Shown here: in pieces, positions 8,478-16,737 of the stretch
How positions within the stretch are numbered: position 1 is the first letter of the stretch
Layout: the number at the start of each line of letters is the position of its first letter
Assembly (NCBI GenBank): GCA_031390755.1
Contig: JANMTS010000168.1
Span: 18,253 to 82,252, forward strand
From: Holophagales bacterium
GTDB taxonomy: Bacteria; Acidobacteriota; Thermoanaerobaculia; Multivoradales; UBA5704
Reading direction: 5' to 3'
Length of the DNA: 64,000 bases
Position numbers and translations under genes: made by a program
Notes under the pieces: model-generated
Database searches by the model: none
Seen by the model: the letters and a program-made list of their open reading frames with translations, nothing else
Told to the model about the DNA's origin: nothing

Positions 8478-8573
8478 TTTTGTCCAGCCGTAGACATCAC
8501 GGCGACCACGACAGGTCAGCGGCGATCAGGCCGGCTGGCGCAAGCCGCGAAAAACCAGAGAAAAGGAGACTTC

Positions 8574-8852
8574 ATGTCACACACTCTTCTTGGCGCATGG
8601 GGCGGTCTCAGCTTCACCATCACCCCCGAAGCGAAAACCGTATTCGATCAGGCGTTGGAGGGTTTGGTGGGAGTCCAGTACACCCCGCTGGCCTTTGCCA
8701 TTCAGGTCGTCGCCGGGCTGAACTACTGCTTCCTCTGCGAAGGGAAGGTTGTTTATCCTGGGCAGCCTGCGTTCGCGGCACTGATCTACATCTATGCGCC
8801 GTTTGATGGCAGCAAGCCTCATATCACCGACATCACGCGGATCCACCCGTAG
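8574..8852 (+). CDS. Stefin/cystatin-like protein (putative cysteine-protease inhibitor, I25-like)
   Basis: 92 aa, no signal peptide, SD AAAGGAGA. It has an N-terminal GGLS, the central QVVAGLNY (the cystatin QxVxG loop; stefins A/B have QVVAGTNY) and a later PFDG hairpin-like segment. The spacing matches animal stefins A/B. Confidence 0.7.
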   Translation: MSHTLLGAWGGLSFTITPEAKTVFDQALEGLVGVQYTPLAFAIQVVAGLNYCFLCEGKVVYPGQPAFAALIYIYAPFDGSKPHITDITRIHP

Positions 8853-8913
8853 GTGTAGGGGCAAGGCTGGGGAAAGCTTTCAAGCTCCAGGGAAGTCTTG
8901 ACTGACAAGGACA

Positions 8914-8937
8914 GGGCCGCCCCGCATGGGGCGGCCC
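8914..8937 (+). terminator. Hairpin after the stefin-like gene
   Basis: GGGCCGCCCC-GCAT-GGGGCGGCCC, followed by CAGTTTG (weak U-tract). Confidence 0.45.
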
Positions 8938-9034
8938 CAGTTTGCGGCAATCCCCCTGGTTCCACTCCTCCTACACGCAGGCCATTGCCTTGGTCCAATC
9001 TCGGTCCGAGGTGAATAAAAAAGGACAAGCTGCC

Positions 9035-10387
9035 ATGTACAAACCAGTCAATGTCGTGCCCGTTATCGACACCTCCTCCAGCATGACGTATTATGGTTAT
9101 GTGGAAGTCACAAAGCGGGACAGCGAAGCGTTCGTCTCGTACTCCCTGCCCGGGGACGGGCTCGGCGTGGTGAACTTTGACAAGGATGCATACGTCACCT
9201 ATCCCTTCCACATCGTCGACAATGACCTCTCGCAGGTGGGCGAAGCGTCACGGGCGATCCAGGGGCTTTCGTTTGACGGCCGCCGCACTGCGATCGGGCT
9301 AGGGCTCCAGGCAGCGGAAAAGATGTTGAATGCAAAGGCCGACCCGCGCAGCGTCATGCTCCTTACGGACGGATATAATAATGAGGATCCTAAACCGCTC
9401 AGTGTCCTGCCGAAAGGTTATCCTGTCTACACCTGTGCCTTGGGAGCGGACGCAGATAGAAAACTGTTACGCGAGATGGCAACAAGCACGGGGGGCGAAT
9501 GGTATGAGGTGGACAGTCCCAACAGGATGATGGTCGCCTTCAACGATATCCGCGCCCGTGAAAACCAAGTCAAGTGTGTGGTGAATGAGTCCGCCCAAAT
9601 CCCGAAGCCGGGGGATACTCATCGCTACGCGGATATTAAAGCGAAGATCTCCGGTGGCTCCATGCTCCAGATCGGGGTGGTCTGGGACAAGAATTCGCTC
9701 AGCTACACAAACAGCCTTTCCCCGGCGGCTCAGGAAATCGGCATCGTGCTGGCGGATCCGATTAACAGGGACTCGCGCATTCAGCCGCGGATCAAGGGCG
9801 TGGGCTACGTTGTCTTCGATATTCCCTCCCCTGAGCGAGGGGAGTGGATTGTTCAAGTCGCCTCCGGCAGCCCTTTGCCCATCAATGTGACCTGCGGCGT
9901 GTTCGAGTTCCCGGCCAACCCGCAAGGAGCGGCGGACCTGATCGTCTCCGCCCCCACTTCGATTCGGGTCGGCGAATCTCTGGCGGTGCAAGCTCACGTT
10001 GTTGAGAACGGCGAGCGCGTCCAGAATCTGCAGGTACGCGCCGAGGTGGTCCAGCCCACCTTGAGCATTTCGAATGCCTTGACAACCTACAAGGACGAGA
10101 TCGAGAAGGTCGAGCTCACGGAGGAAGATTCCACGCCCGGCGTGCCGCAGGATCGCCGGCGCCTGGCGAAGCTGCGTGCGAAGCTCTTTCCCGAGCGCGA
10201 TATCCTCGCTCATCGCAGCTCTGGGCTGATTCTGAGGGAGGGCGTGGAAAGCAGGTACGGCGCGAGCCTCGAAGACACACACCAGGCGGGCGGCTACACC
10301 ATCCGGGTCGTGGCGAGTGGCGTCTCCCCGGAGACGGGCGCGGCATTCCAGAGAACACGCCTGGCCACTGTCATCGTGACCGATTGA
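9035..10387 (+). CDS. von Willebrand factor A (vWA) domain protein
   Basis: Internal ATG 9035 of ORF 8942..10387. MIDAS DTSSSM, then TAIGLGL and LLTDGYNN. The C-terminal half is beta-rich. Confidence 0.8.
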   Translation: MYKPVNVVPVIDTSSSMTYYGYVEVTKRDSEAFVSYSLPGDGLGVVNFDKDAYVTYPFHIVDNDLSQVGEASRAIQGLSFDGRRTAIGLGLQAAEKMLNAKADPRSVMLLTDGYNNEDPKPLSVLPKGYPVYTCALGADADRKLLREMATSTGGEWYEVDSPNRMMVAFNDIRARENQVKCVVNESAQIPKPGDTHRYADIKAKISGGSMLQIGVVWDKNSLSYTNSLSPAAQEIGIVLADPINRDSRIQPRIKGVGYVVFDIPSPERGEWIVQVASGSPLPINVTCGVFEFPANPQGAADLIVSAPTSIRVGESLAVQAHVVENGERVQNLQVRAEVVQPTLSISNALTTYKDEIEKVELTEEDSTPGVPQDRRRLAKLRAKLFPERDILAHRSSGLILREGVESRYGASLEDTHQAGGYTIRVVASGVSPETGAAFQRTRLATVIVTD

Positions 10388-10557
10388 GTGCATGGGTGTC
10401 ATCGAGCCCTCCCCGCGCCCCCGGGCGTGGGGAGCCTCGCACGGACCGGACTCTTGTACGTAATCCCCTCGGCAGAGCCTCGTCGGGTGTCAACCTCCGC
10501 CAACCATCCCCGAGTCTGCGAACGCCTGGGCGAGAAGATCCTCAATACCGGCTCCTG

Positions 10558-11769
10558 CTACACCCCGCCGATGCTCCGCGGCAGGAGCACCCACATCCGG
10601 CCGGAGTGCTTCATACGGCCCGCGATCTCGGCGGCGTCCTCGCCGTTCCCCCAGAAGACATCGCCCCGGACGACTCCGCGGATGGCGCCGCCGGTGTCCT
10701 GCGCCACGACGAGCCGGCGGAGGGGACGGTCCGGCTTGCCTGGATGGGGCGACGGTGCTTCGGCGTCCAGCCAGACAGGGACGCCCAGGGGCCAGTGTTT
10801 GAGGTCGACGGCGAGCGACCGGCCGGGGGTCAGGGCGACGCCTTCGGCTCCGAGCGGCCCCTCCCCTTCCAGCTCCTGGAAGAAGACGTAGGAGGCGTTG
10901 CGGGCCATCACGCCGGCCGCTTCGTCCGGATGCTCTTCGAGCCAGCGGCGGATCGACTGCATGGAGACCGTCGCCTTCGTCAGCTCTCCCCGGTCGATCA
11001 GCTCCCGGCCGATGGCGAAGTAGGGGTGGCCGTTCTGCGCGGCGTAGCCGACCCGAAGCTCGTCCCCGCCTTCCAGCCGGATGCGGCCCGAGCCCTGGAT
11101 CTGGAGGAAGAAGGCGTCGATCGGATCGTCCACCCAGACCAGCTCGAGATCCCGGCCGGCCAGGGCGCCCGAGTCGATCCCCTTGCGGTCGGGATAGGGG
11201 ACGAGCGTGCCCTCCTCCACCCGGCCGGCGATGCGCTGGCCCTTCAGCTCGTCGCGGAAGGCGCCCAGGTCCACCATCACCAGGTCCGGAGGGCGGAGGT
11301 AGAGCGGCGTTTGATACGCGCCGCCCCGCGTGCGGCTGCCGTCGAGCGACGGCTCGTAGTAGCCGGTGAAGAGGCCCTCGGAATTGGCCCCTGGATTGCC
11401 TGCCGAACGGGCGGCGAAGGGCTGAAAATGGGATTCGAAGAAAGCCCGCGCCGCGTCCGGCTTCGCGCCTTGCGCCGCCTCGCAGACCGGCTTCCAGTCA
11501 CCGGCCGTGCCCGCGATTCCGAGTGTCCTTTCCGGGGGCAGGCCGGTCAGCCGGCGGCACGACCGGAGCAGCGCGGGCAGGGCCTGGGAGAGATCATCCT
11601 CTTTCCAACCGGGGAGATCGTCGAAGGAGGCCGGCTCCAGGACGAGTCGCTCCTCTCCGCTGCCTCCTCCCGGAGGCCGCCAGCCGTCCAGCCGCAGGAG
11701 CTTCCAGAACGTGGCGGACGCGAGGGCGACGAGGACCAGGGCGAGGGCGAAGAGAGCGCGGCGCGACAT
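10558..11769 (-). CDS. mltA: Membrane-bound lytic murein transglycosylase A (MltA) family
   Basis: Signal/anchor MSRRALFALALVLVALA. MltA-like segments FTGYYEP and GSGRIRLEGG..VGYAAQNGHPY, and a 3D-domain-like C-terminus with DTGGAIRG. Confidence 0.8.
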   Translation of the reverse strand: MSRRALFALALVLVALASATFWKLLRLDGWRPPGGGSGEERLVLEPASFDDLPGWKEDDLSQALPALLRSCRRLTGLPPERTLGIAGTAGDWKPVCEAAQGAKPDAARAFFESHFQPFAARSAGNPGANSEGLFTGYYEPSLDGSRTRGGAYQTPLYLRPPDLVMVDLGAFRDELKGQRIAGRVEEGTLVPYPDRKGIDSGALAGRDLELVWVDDPIDAFFLQIQGSGRIRLEGGDELRVGYAAQNGHPYFAIGRELIDRGELTKATVSMQSIRRWLEEHPDEAAGVMARNASYVFFQELEGEGPLGAEGVALTPGRSLAVDLKHWPLGVPVWLDAEAPSPHPGKPDRPLRRLVVAQDTGGAIRGVVRGDVFWGNGEDAAEIAGRMKHSGRMWVLLPRSIGGV

Positions 11770-11841
11770 TCCTACATTCTCTCCCGCATTTCCTCCCTCC
11801 GGGCTACGAGCCGCCAAGCGCCGTCACGTCTGGAGACCCAG

Positions 11842-12405
11842 TCACCCGCCCTTCCCATCCTTCCAATGCGTCAGCCACAGCGCGGCGGCGACCAGCATCA
11901 CGCCCAGGGAGAGCCACAGGAGGTCGAGCGGGGTCCGGAACTGGAGCTGCAGCGCGTACTCGAAGAACTTCACGACCAGGATCAGGAGCACCACCTTGGC
12001 GAGGCGGTCCTTGAGATCGTCGAGGCTGCGGATCAGCAGCAGGCGCGAGGCGAGCTCGGAGCCTTCGGCGATCTCGATGCGGCTGATGAACAGCTCGTAC
12101 AGGCCGAGCGCGAAGATCAGCATGATCGTCGCCAGCAGGTAGCCGTCGACCACCTCCACCACGTGCGCCACGATCGCCGAACGGACTCCGGCCCGCGCGT
12201 CCACGGTGCTGTCGTGGTAGTGGAGGATGTGCCCCAGCAGGGTCCACACGTCGAGCGTCGACACGTAAAACATCGCGAACGCCACCACGAGGCTCGCGAC
12301 GACCGCGACGAGGACGACCAGGCGGCTCTGCCAGAGCAGCTTCTCGAACAAGGCTTCGAGCTTCCCGGTCACGGCGGGCCTCGGAGCTTCCACCCCACCG
12401 CTCAT
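11842..12405 (-). CDS. YqhA/UPF0114 family membrane protein
   Basis: These are the last 187 codons of the artefactual 1196-aa ORF. The LLWQSRLVVLVAVVASL and GLYELFIS segments fit UPF0114. Its ATG overlaps the upstream stop (ATGA at 12402-12405). Confidence 0.7.
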   Translation of the reverse strand: MSGGVEAPRPAVTGKLEALFEKLLWQSRLVVLVAVVASLVVAFAMFYVSTLDVWTLLGHILHYHDSTVDARAGVRSAIVAHVVEVVDGYLLATIMLIFALGLYELFISRIEIAEGSELASRLLLIRSLDDLKDRLAKVVLLILVVKFFEYALQLQFRTPLDLLWLSLGVMLVAAALWLTHWKDGKGG

Positions 12406-14516
12406 TTCAGATACCGGTCCATCCACCCGAAGACCTCCTTCCACCAGAGGAGCGCGGCCTGGGGCTTGAGGACCCAGTGGTTCTCCTCGGGGAAGATCAC
12501 GATGCGCGCGGGCACGCCCTTGCCCTGGAGGACTCCGTAGAGGTTGATGCCCTGGGTCACGGGCACCCGGAAGTCCTTCTCTCCGTGGAGGATCAGCGTC
12601 GGGGTCACGAAATTCTTCGCGGAGTGGCTCGGCGACTGGGCGGTGAGCTTCGCGGGATCGGTCCAGGGGGCTCCGCCGTAGTTGGCCGGCCGGCCGTAGG
12701 TTTCGTCCGAGGCGAACTGCCCCATCAGGTCGTAGACGCCGGCGTGACTGATCAGGGCGGCGAAACGGTCGGTGTGGCCAAGGATCCAGTTCACGAGATA
12801 GCCGCCGTAGGAGCCTCCCGCCGCCATCATCTTCGTCTCGTCGATGTAGCCCTGGGCGACCAGCCAGTCGGTGGCCTTCATCACGTCGTCGAAGGGCTTG
12901 CCGCCGTGATCGCCGAGGATCGACTCCGCGAACGCCTGGCCGTAGCCGGTGGAGCCGTGGAAGTTGACCATCGAGACCACCGCGCCGCGCGAGGCGAAGA
13001 GGACCGCGTTCCAGCGGTAGTGGAAATCGTCCTGCGACGCTCCGTAGGGACCGCCGTGGATGACCTGGACCAGCGGCCACTTCTTCTTGGGATCGAAGCC
13101 CGGAGGGTAGACGAGCAGGACGTGGACCGGGTCTCCGCCGGCCCCCTCGATGGTGGCCTCGCCGATCGTGCCGAGATCGATCCCGGCGAGCTTCGCCGCG
13201 TTGATCGAGGTCAGCTTCTTCGGTTCGGGGACGCTCCCCTCCGCACCCAGGGTGATGGCGTAGAGGTCGGCCGGCTCCAGGAGCGACTGGCGCAGGAAGG
13301 CGACGCGCGAGCCGCCCGCGGACATGCCGCCGATGGTGCCGCCGCGGGCCAGGAGCTTCGGCGTGCCGTCTCCCCCGTCGCTGGTGATGGGCAGCGAGTA
13401 GATGTGGACCCGGCCTTTCTCCTGGACCTGGAGGAGGAGGCTCTTGCTGTCCGGCGTGAAGATCCAGCCGTCCGCCTGCGCGTCCCAATTCGAGGCGAGC
13501 GTGCGGGTCTGGCGGGTCTGCCGGTCGTAGAGGGCAAGGCGGATCAGGTCTGGATCGATGTCGGGCCGCCGGTTGCGGCCGTAGACGATGAAACGGCCGT
13601 CCGGCGAGTAGCGCGGCGCGAGGTCCGCGGCCGGGTTCTCCCCGGTGAGGCTGCGCGCCTCGGCGGCCTGGCCCGCGGTCTGGACGAAGACGTCGAAGTT
13701 GACGGTCTTGTAGGGCGCCTCGGTCACGTTGACGCTGTAGGCGACCTCGGAGCCGTCCGGCGAGATGTCCCACGAGTCCTCGGGGGACTGGATGTCCATG
13801 CTGCGGCGCAGGCCGGGGGTCAGATCCTTGACCTCGCCGCTCGCCACGTCCACGACATAGATGTGGGTGACGCGGCCGTCGGTGCGGTACTCGTCCCAGA
13901 AGCGGAGCTGCCGGGTGTCGCTGATGCGCGCCTGGACCTTGTCGGCCTTCTGCTCGTCGAGCCGCTTCTGGACCGCAGCCCAGTCGCCGTTCAGGTCGGA
14001 CCACGTCGGCGCCAGGAAAGCGATGCGCTTGCCGTCGGCCAGCCAGCGGGGCTTGAGGACCGCGACCGGCAGCTTGGTGACCGGCTGCGCCTCGCCGCCG
14101 CCGCCCAGCGGCAGGACGAAGAGCTGCGGCGGAGCGTCGCCGCGCTTGGAGACGAAGGCGAGGCTCTTGCCGTCCGGGCTCCAGGCCGGCGAGCCGTCCG
14201 AGCCGGGGTTCCAGGTGAGCCGCCGGGGCGGCGCGCTGCCGTCCGTGGGCACCATCCAGAGGTCGCTGTCGCCCTTGTTGTCGGCGATCGAGAACTTCGT
14301 CACCGAGAAGACGACCTGCGAGCCGTCCGGAGAGACGGCGGGTCCGGCGGCGCGCTCCATCCCCCAGAGATCCTCCGGGGTCAGGGTCCGCGGACCCGTC
14401 GGCGGCTTCACCGGATCGGTGGGAGCGGCGGGCTTGGCGGAAGACGTAGCCGCGGCGAAGGCCGGAGCCGAGGCCATGGCGAAGACGACGAGAACGGCCA
14501 GCAACGAGTTGGACAT
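12402..14516 (-). CDS. S9 family serine peptidase (prolyl oligopeptidase/acylaminoacyl-peptidase-like)
   Basis: Signal peptide MSNSLLAVLVVFAMASAPAFA, beta-propeller repeats (SPDG..), and the nucleophile motif GGSYGGY in an alpha/beta-hydrolase C-domain. Confidence 0.9.
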   Translation of the reverse strand: MSNSLLAVLVVFAMASAPAFAAATSSAKPAAPTDPVKPPTGPRTLTPEDLWGMERAAGPAVSPDGSQVVFSVTKFSIADNKGDSDLWMVPTDGSAPPRRLTWNPGSDGSPAWSPDGKSLAFVSKRGDAPPQLFVLPLGGGGEAQPVTKLPVAVLKPRWLADGKRIAFLAPTWSDLNGDWAAVQKRLDEQKADKVQARISDTRQLRFWDEYRTDGRVTHIYVVDVASGEVKDLTPGLRRSMDIQSPEDSWDISPDGSEVAYSVNVTEAPYKTVNFDVFVQTAGQAAEARSLTGENPAADLAPRYSPDGRFIVYGRNRRPDIDPDLIRLALYDRQTRQTRTLASNWDAQADGWIFTPDSKSLLLQVQEKGRVHIYSLPITSDGGDGTPKLLARGGTIGGMSAGGSRVAFLRQSLLEPADLYAITLGAEGSVPEPKKLTSINAAKLAGIDLGTIGEATIEGAGGDPVHVLLVYPPGFDPKKKWPLVQVIHGGPYGASQDDFHYRWNAVLFASRGAVVSMVNFHGSTGYGQAFAESILGDHGGKPFDDVMKATDWLVAQGYIDETKMMAAGGSYGGYLVNWILGHTDRFAALISHAGVYDLMGQFASDETYGRPANYGGAPWTDPAKLTAQSPSHSAKNFVTPTLILHGEKDFRVPVTQGINLYGVLQGKGVPARIVIFPEENHWVLKPQAALLWWKEVFGWMDRYLK

Positions 14517-14556
14517 GGAACCTCCTGTTCGCGCGCGGATGGTAGCATCGGCGGCC

Positions 14557-15459
14557 ATGAAGATCGCGATTCTCGGAGCCGGCGGAGTCGGCGGCTACTA
14601 CGGCGGGCTTCTTGGGAGAGCCGGTCATGAAGTGACGCTGCTGGCCCGCGGCGCCCATCTGGACGCCCTGCGCGAGCGCGGCCTGGAGATCCGGACGCCC
14701 AAGGAGACCTTTGTCGTTCCCATCCGGGCCGTGGAAACTGCGGAGGAGATCGGGCCGGTCGACGTGGCCGTGATCTCGGTCAAGACCTATTCGCTCGACG
14801 AGATCGCACCGGCGGCCGATGTCCTCGCACGGCAGGGCGCCGACATCCTGCCCGTGCTCAACGGCGTGGACGCTCCGGACCGGCTGATCGCGAAGGGCCT
14901 GCCGCCCGAGCGCGTGCTCGCCGGCCTCGTGGAGATCAGCGCCGCCCGGGTGGCGCCGGGGGTGATCGAGCTGCGCAGCCCGTTCTACCGGATGGTCTGC
15001 GGCGAACGGGAAGGAGGGAGGGTCTCGGAGCGGACCGAGCGCATCGCCGCCGCCTTCCGCGAGGCCGGCATCGAAGCCCGCGCCTCGGCCGAGATCCAGG
15101 TCGACGTCTGGCGCAAGTTCGCCTTCATCGCCGCCATGGCCGCCGCCTGCGGCCTCGCGCGCTCCCCCATCGGAGCGATCCGGGACAAGCCGATGGGGCA
15201 CGTCCTGATCGAAAGGCTGATCCGAGAGGTGCTCGCCGTGGGCCGGGCCCTGGGGATCGCGCTCCCCGACGACACGGACGTCAAGATTTTGTCTTTCGTG
15301 GACGGCCTCGCCGCGCCGATGAAGCCCAGCCTTCTCCTCGATCTGGAGGCGGGAGGACGGACGGAGATCGACGACCTGAGCGGCGCGGTGTCGAGGCTCG
15401 GCCGGAAGGCCGGGGTGGAGACGCCGTCGCACGACGTGGCGACGGCGGTGTTGGGATAG
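14557..15459 (+). CDS. panE: 2-dehydropantoate 2-reductase (ApbA/PanE) family
   Basis: MKIAILGAGGVGGYYGG Rossmann N-terminus, with WRKF and DLEAGRRTEID-like C-domain signatures. Confidence 0.8.
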   Translation: MKIAILGAGGVGGYYGGLLGRAGHEVTLLARGAHLDALRERGLEIRTPKETFVVPIRAVETAEEIGPVDVAVISVKTYSLDEIAPAADVLARQGADILPVLNGVDAPDRLIAKGLPPERVLAGLVEISAARVAPGVIELRSPFYRMVCGEREGGRVSERTERIAAAFREAGIEARASAEIQVDVWRKFAFIAAMAAACGLARSPIGAIRDKPMGHVLIERLIREVLAVGRALGIALPDDTDVKILSFVDGLAAPMKPSLLLDLEAGGRTEIDDLSGAVSRLGRKAGVETPSHDVATAVLG

Positions 15460-15706
15460 CCCTCACCCCGTTTTTTCCCCACTGGGACCGCCGGCGTCCC
15501 GCCGGCCTTGGAGCGGAGATGGATGGCGTCAACGCCGGCCGTCACGTTCGGCGCTGACGCCATCCGGTGCCGCCTCTATGCCGGCGAGACGCCGGCGGTC
15601 CCAGTGAAAAGCGAAGCGGGAAGAGATGGGAATCCTGCTGATCGTCGGCTGCCCCCCTCTCCCGGGGGTCCGGGTGTGCGGCTGGGAGAGGGGACGGGGG
15701 TGAGGG
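15460..15706. repeat. Nested palindromic, MITE/REP-like intergenic element
   Basis: Terminal IR CCCTCACCCC (15460-69) / GGGGTGAGGG (15697-706). Perfect 19-nt IR CACTGGGACCGCCGGCGTC (15480-98) / GACGCCGGCGGTCCCAGTG (15588-606). Inner IR GGATGGCGTCA (15521-31) / TGACGCCATCC (15555-65). Separate hairpin CCCCTCTCCC (15654-63) / GGGAGAGGGG (15684-93). Confidence 0.6.
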
Positions 15707-15716
15707 CCGAACGCAG

Positions 15717-16391
15717 GTGGACATCCCGGCGTCCCTTCGGGACGTTCATTCAGCGCTGGACCGGAGACGGCTATCATCCCACCCCGTGCCCGATCCCTCC
15801 AAACAGACGCCGCCTCCGCTCCGCCGCCGGGTGGCGCGCTGGGTGTCCATCGTCGCCCATCCGTTCGTGCTGATCCCGGTCCTGGTCGCCGTCACGACCG
15901 CGCGCGCCCTGCCGCCGGCCCGGGCGGCGCTGGTGGTCGGGCTGGTGCTGGCCGTGGCAATCCTTCCCATGCAGTGGATCGTGACGCGCCGGGTGCGGCA
16001 GGGCTCGTGGTCGAACCACGACGTCTCCATCCGCGAGCAGCGGACCGGGTTCTACCCCTTCGCGGTCGGCCTGGCGGTGATGACCGTCCTCCTTCTCCTC
16101 CTTTTCAAGCCCCCTCCTTCGGTGATGCGGGGAACGCTGGCGGTGGTCTTCCTCGTCGCCGTGGCGTTTCCGATCAACCTGGTCCACAAGATCTCGCTTC
16201 ACACCGCCTTCGCGGTCTTCTTCGCGCTGGCCCTCTTCCCCCTGGGAACCGTGGCGGCTGGGATCGGCGGCCTCGTCGCCGTGGCCGTTCCGTGGTCCCG
16301 GCTGGAGCTCCGCCGGCACTCGGTGAGCGAGGTCATCACGGGGGCCGTGCTCGGCGCGGCCGTAGGCATGGCCCTGCTTCTCTGGCCTTGA
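15717..16391 (+). CDS. PAP2-superfamily phosphatase-like membrane protein
   Basis: Multi-TM protein with KISLHTAF and SRLELRRHSVSEV, resembling PAP2 motifs (SxH, SRxxxxxHxxxD-like). The start is uncertain. Confidence 0.6.
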   Translation: MDIPASLRDVHSALDRRRLSSHPVPDPSKQTPPPLRRRVARWVSIVAHPFVLIPVLVAVTTARALPPARAALVVGLVLAVAILPMQWIVTRRVRQGSWSNHDVSIREQRTGFYPFAVGLAVMTVLLLLLFKPPPSVMRGTLAVVFLVAVAFPINLVHKISLHTAFAVFFALALFPLGTVAAGIGGLVAVAVPWSRLELRRHSVSEVITGAVLGAAVGMALLLWP

Positions 16392-16394
16392 AAG

Positions 16395-16730
16395 GTTGCG
16401 GCAGACGCCCTAAAGCGCCTCCGCGGCCGCTCAACCTGCGGTGAACAAGCTTATGTTGCGGTGAATAACTTCACGTTGCGGTGAACAAGCTTATGTTGCA
16501 GCAATGTTGCGGTACGTTGCGGTGAACAAGCTTAGGTTGCGGTCGATAATCTTATGTTGCGGCGAATAACTTTATCCTGCGGTGAACAAGCTTACGTTGC
16601 GGCAATGTTGCGGTACGTTGCGGTGAACAAGATTACGTTGCGGTCGATAAACTTATGTTGCGGTGAATAAGGAGACTTTGCCGCAACCTAACCTTAAGTT
16701 GCGGTGAAGAAGCCGACGTTGCGGCATTTT
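16395..16730. repeat. Helically phased array of ~17 GTTGCGG boxes plus one inverted copy (iteron/centromere-like)
   Basis: GTTGCGG or 1-nt variants start at 16395, 16436, 16455, 16475, 16495, 16506, 16516, 16536, 16556, 16576, 16596, 16607, 16617, 16637, 16657, 16698 and 16718. One inverted CCGCAAC lies at 16681. Spacings are 10, 11, 19-20 or 41 bp. There is a 101-bp higher-order repeat (16495 vs 16596). The array is AT-richer than its flanks and lies between two convergent 3-prime ends. Confidence 0.85.
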
Positions 16731-16737
16731 TCCGGCC

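Noticed and set aside
11842-15432. 1196-aa ORF
   Set aside because: Only the last 187 codons (YqhA-like) are credible. The remainder is out of frame with the S9 peptidase gene and antisense to the panE-like gene.
16395-16730. CRISPR array
   Set aside because: The repeats are 7-20 nt and abut each other with 10/20-bp periodicity. There are no unique spacers of about 30 nt and no cas genes in the window.
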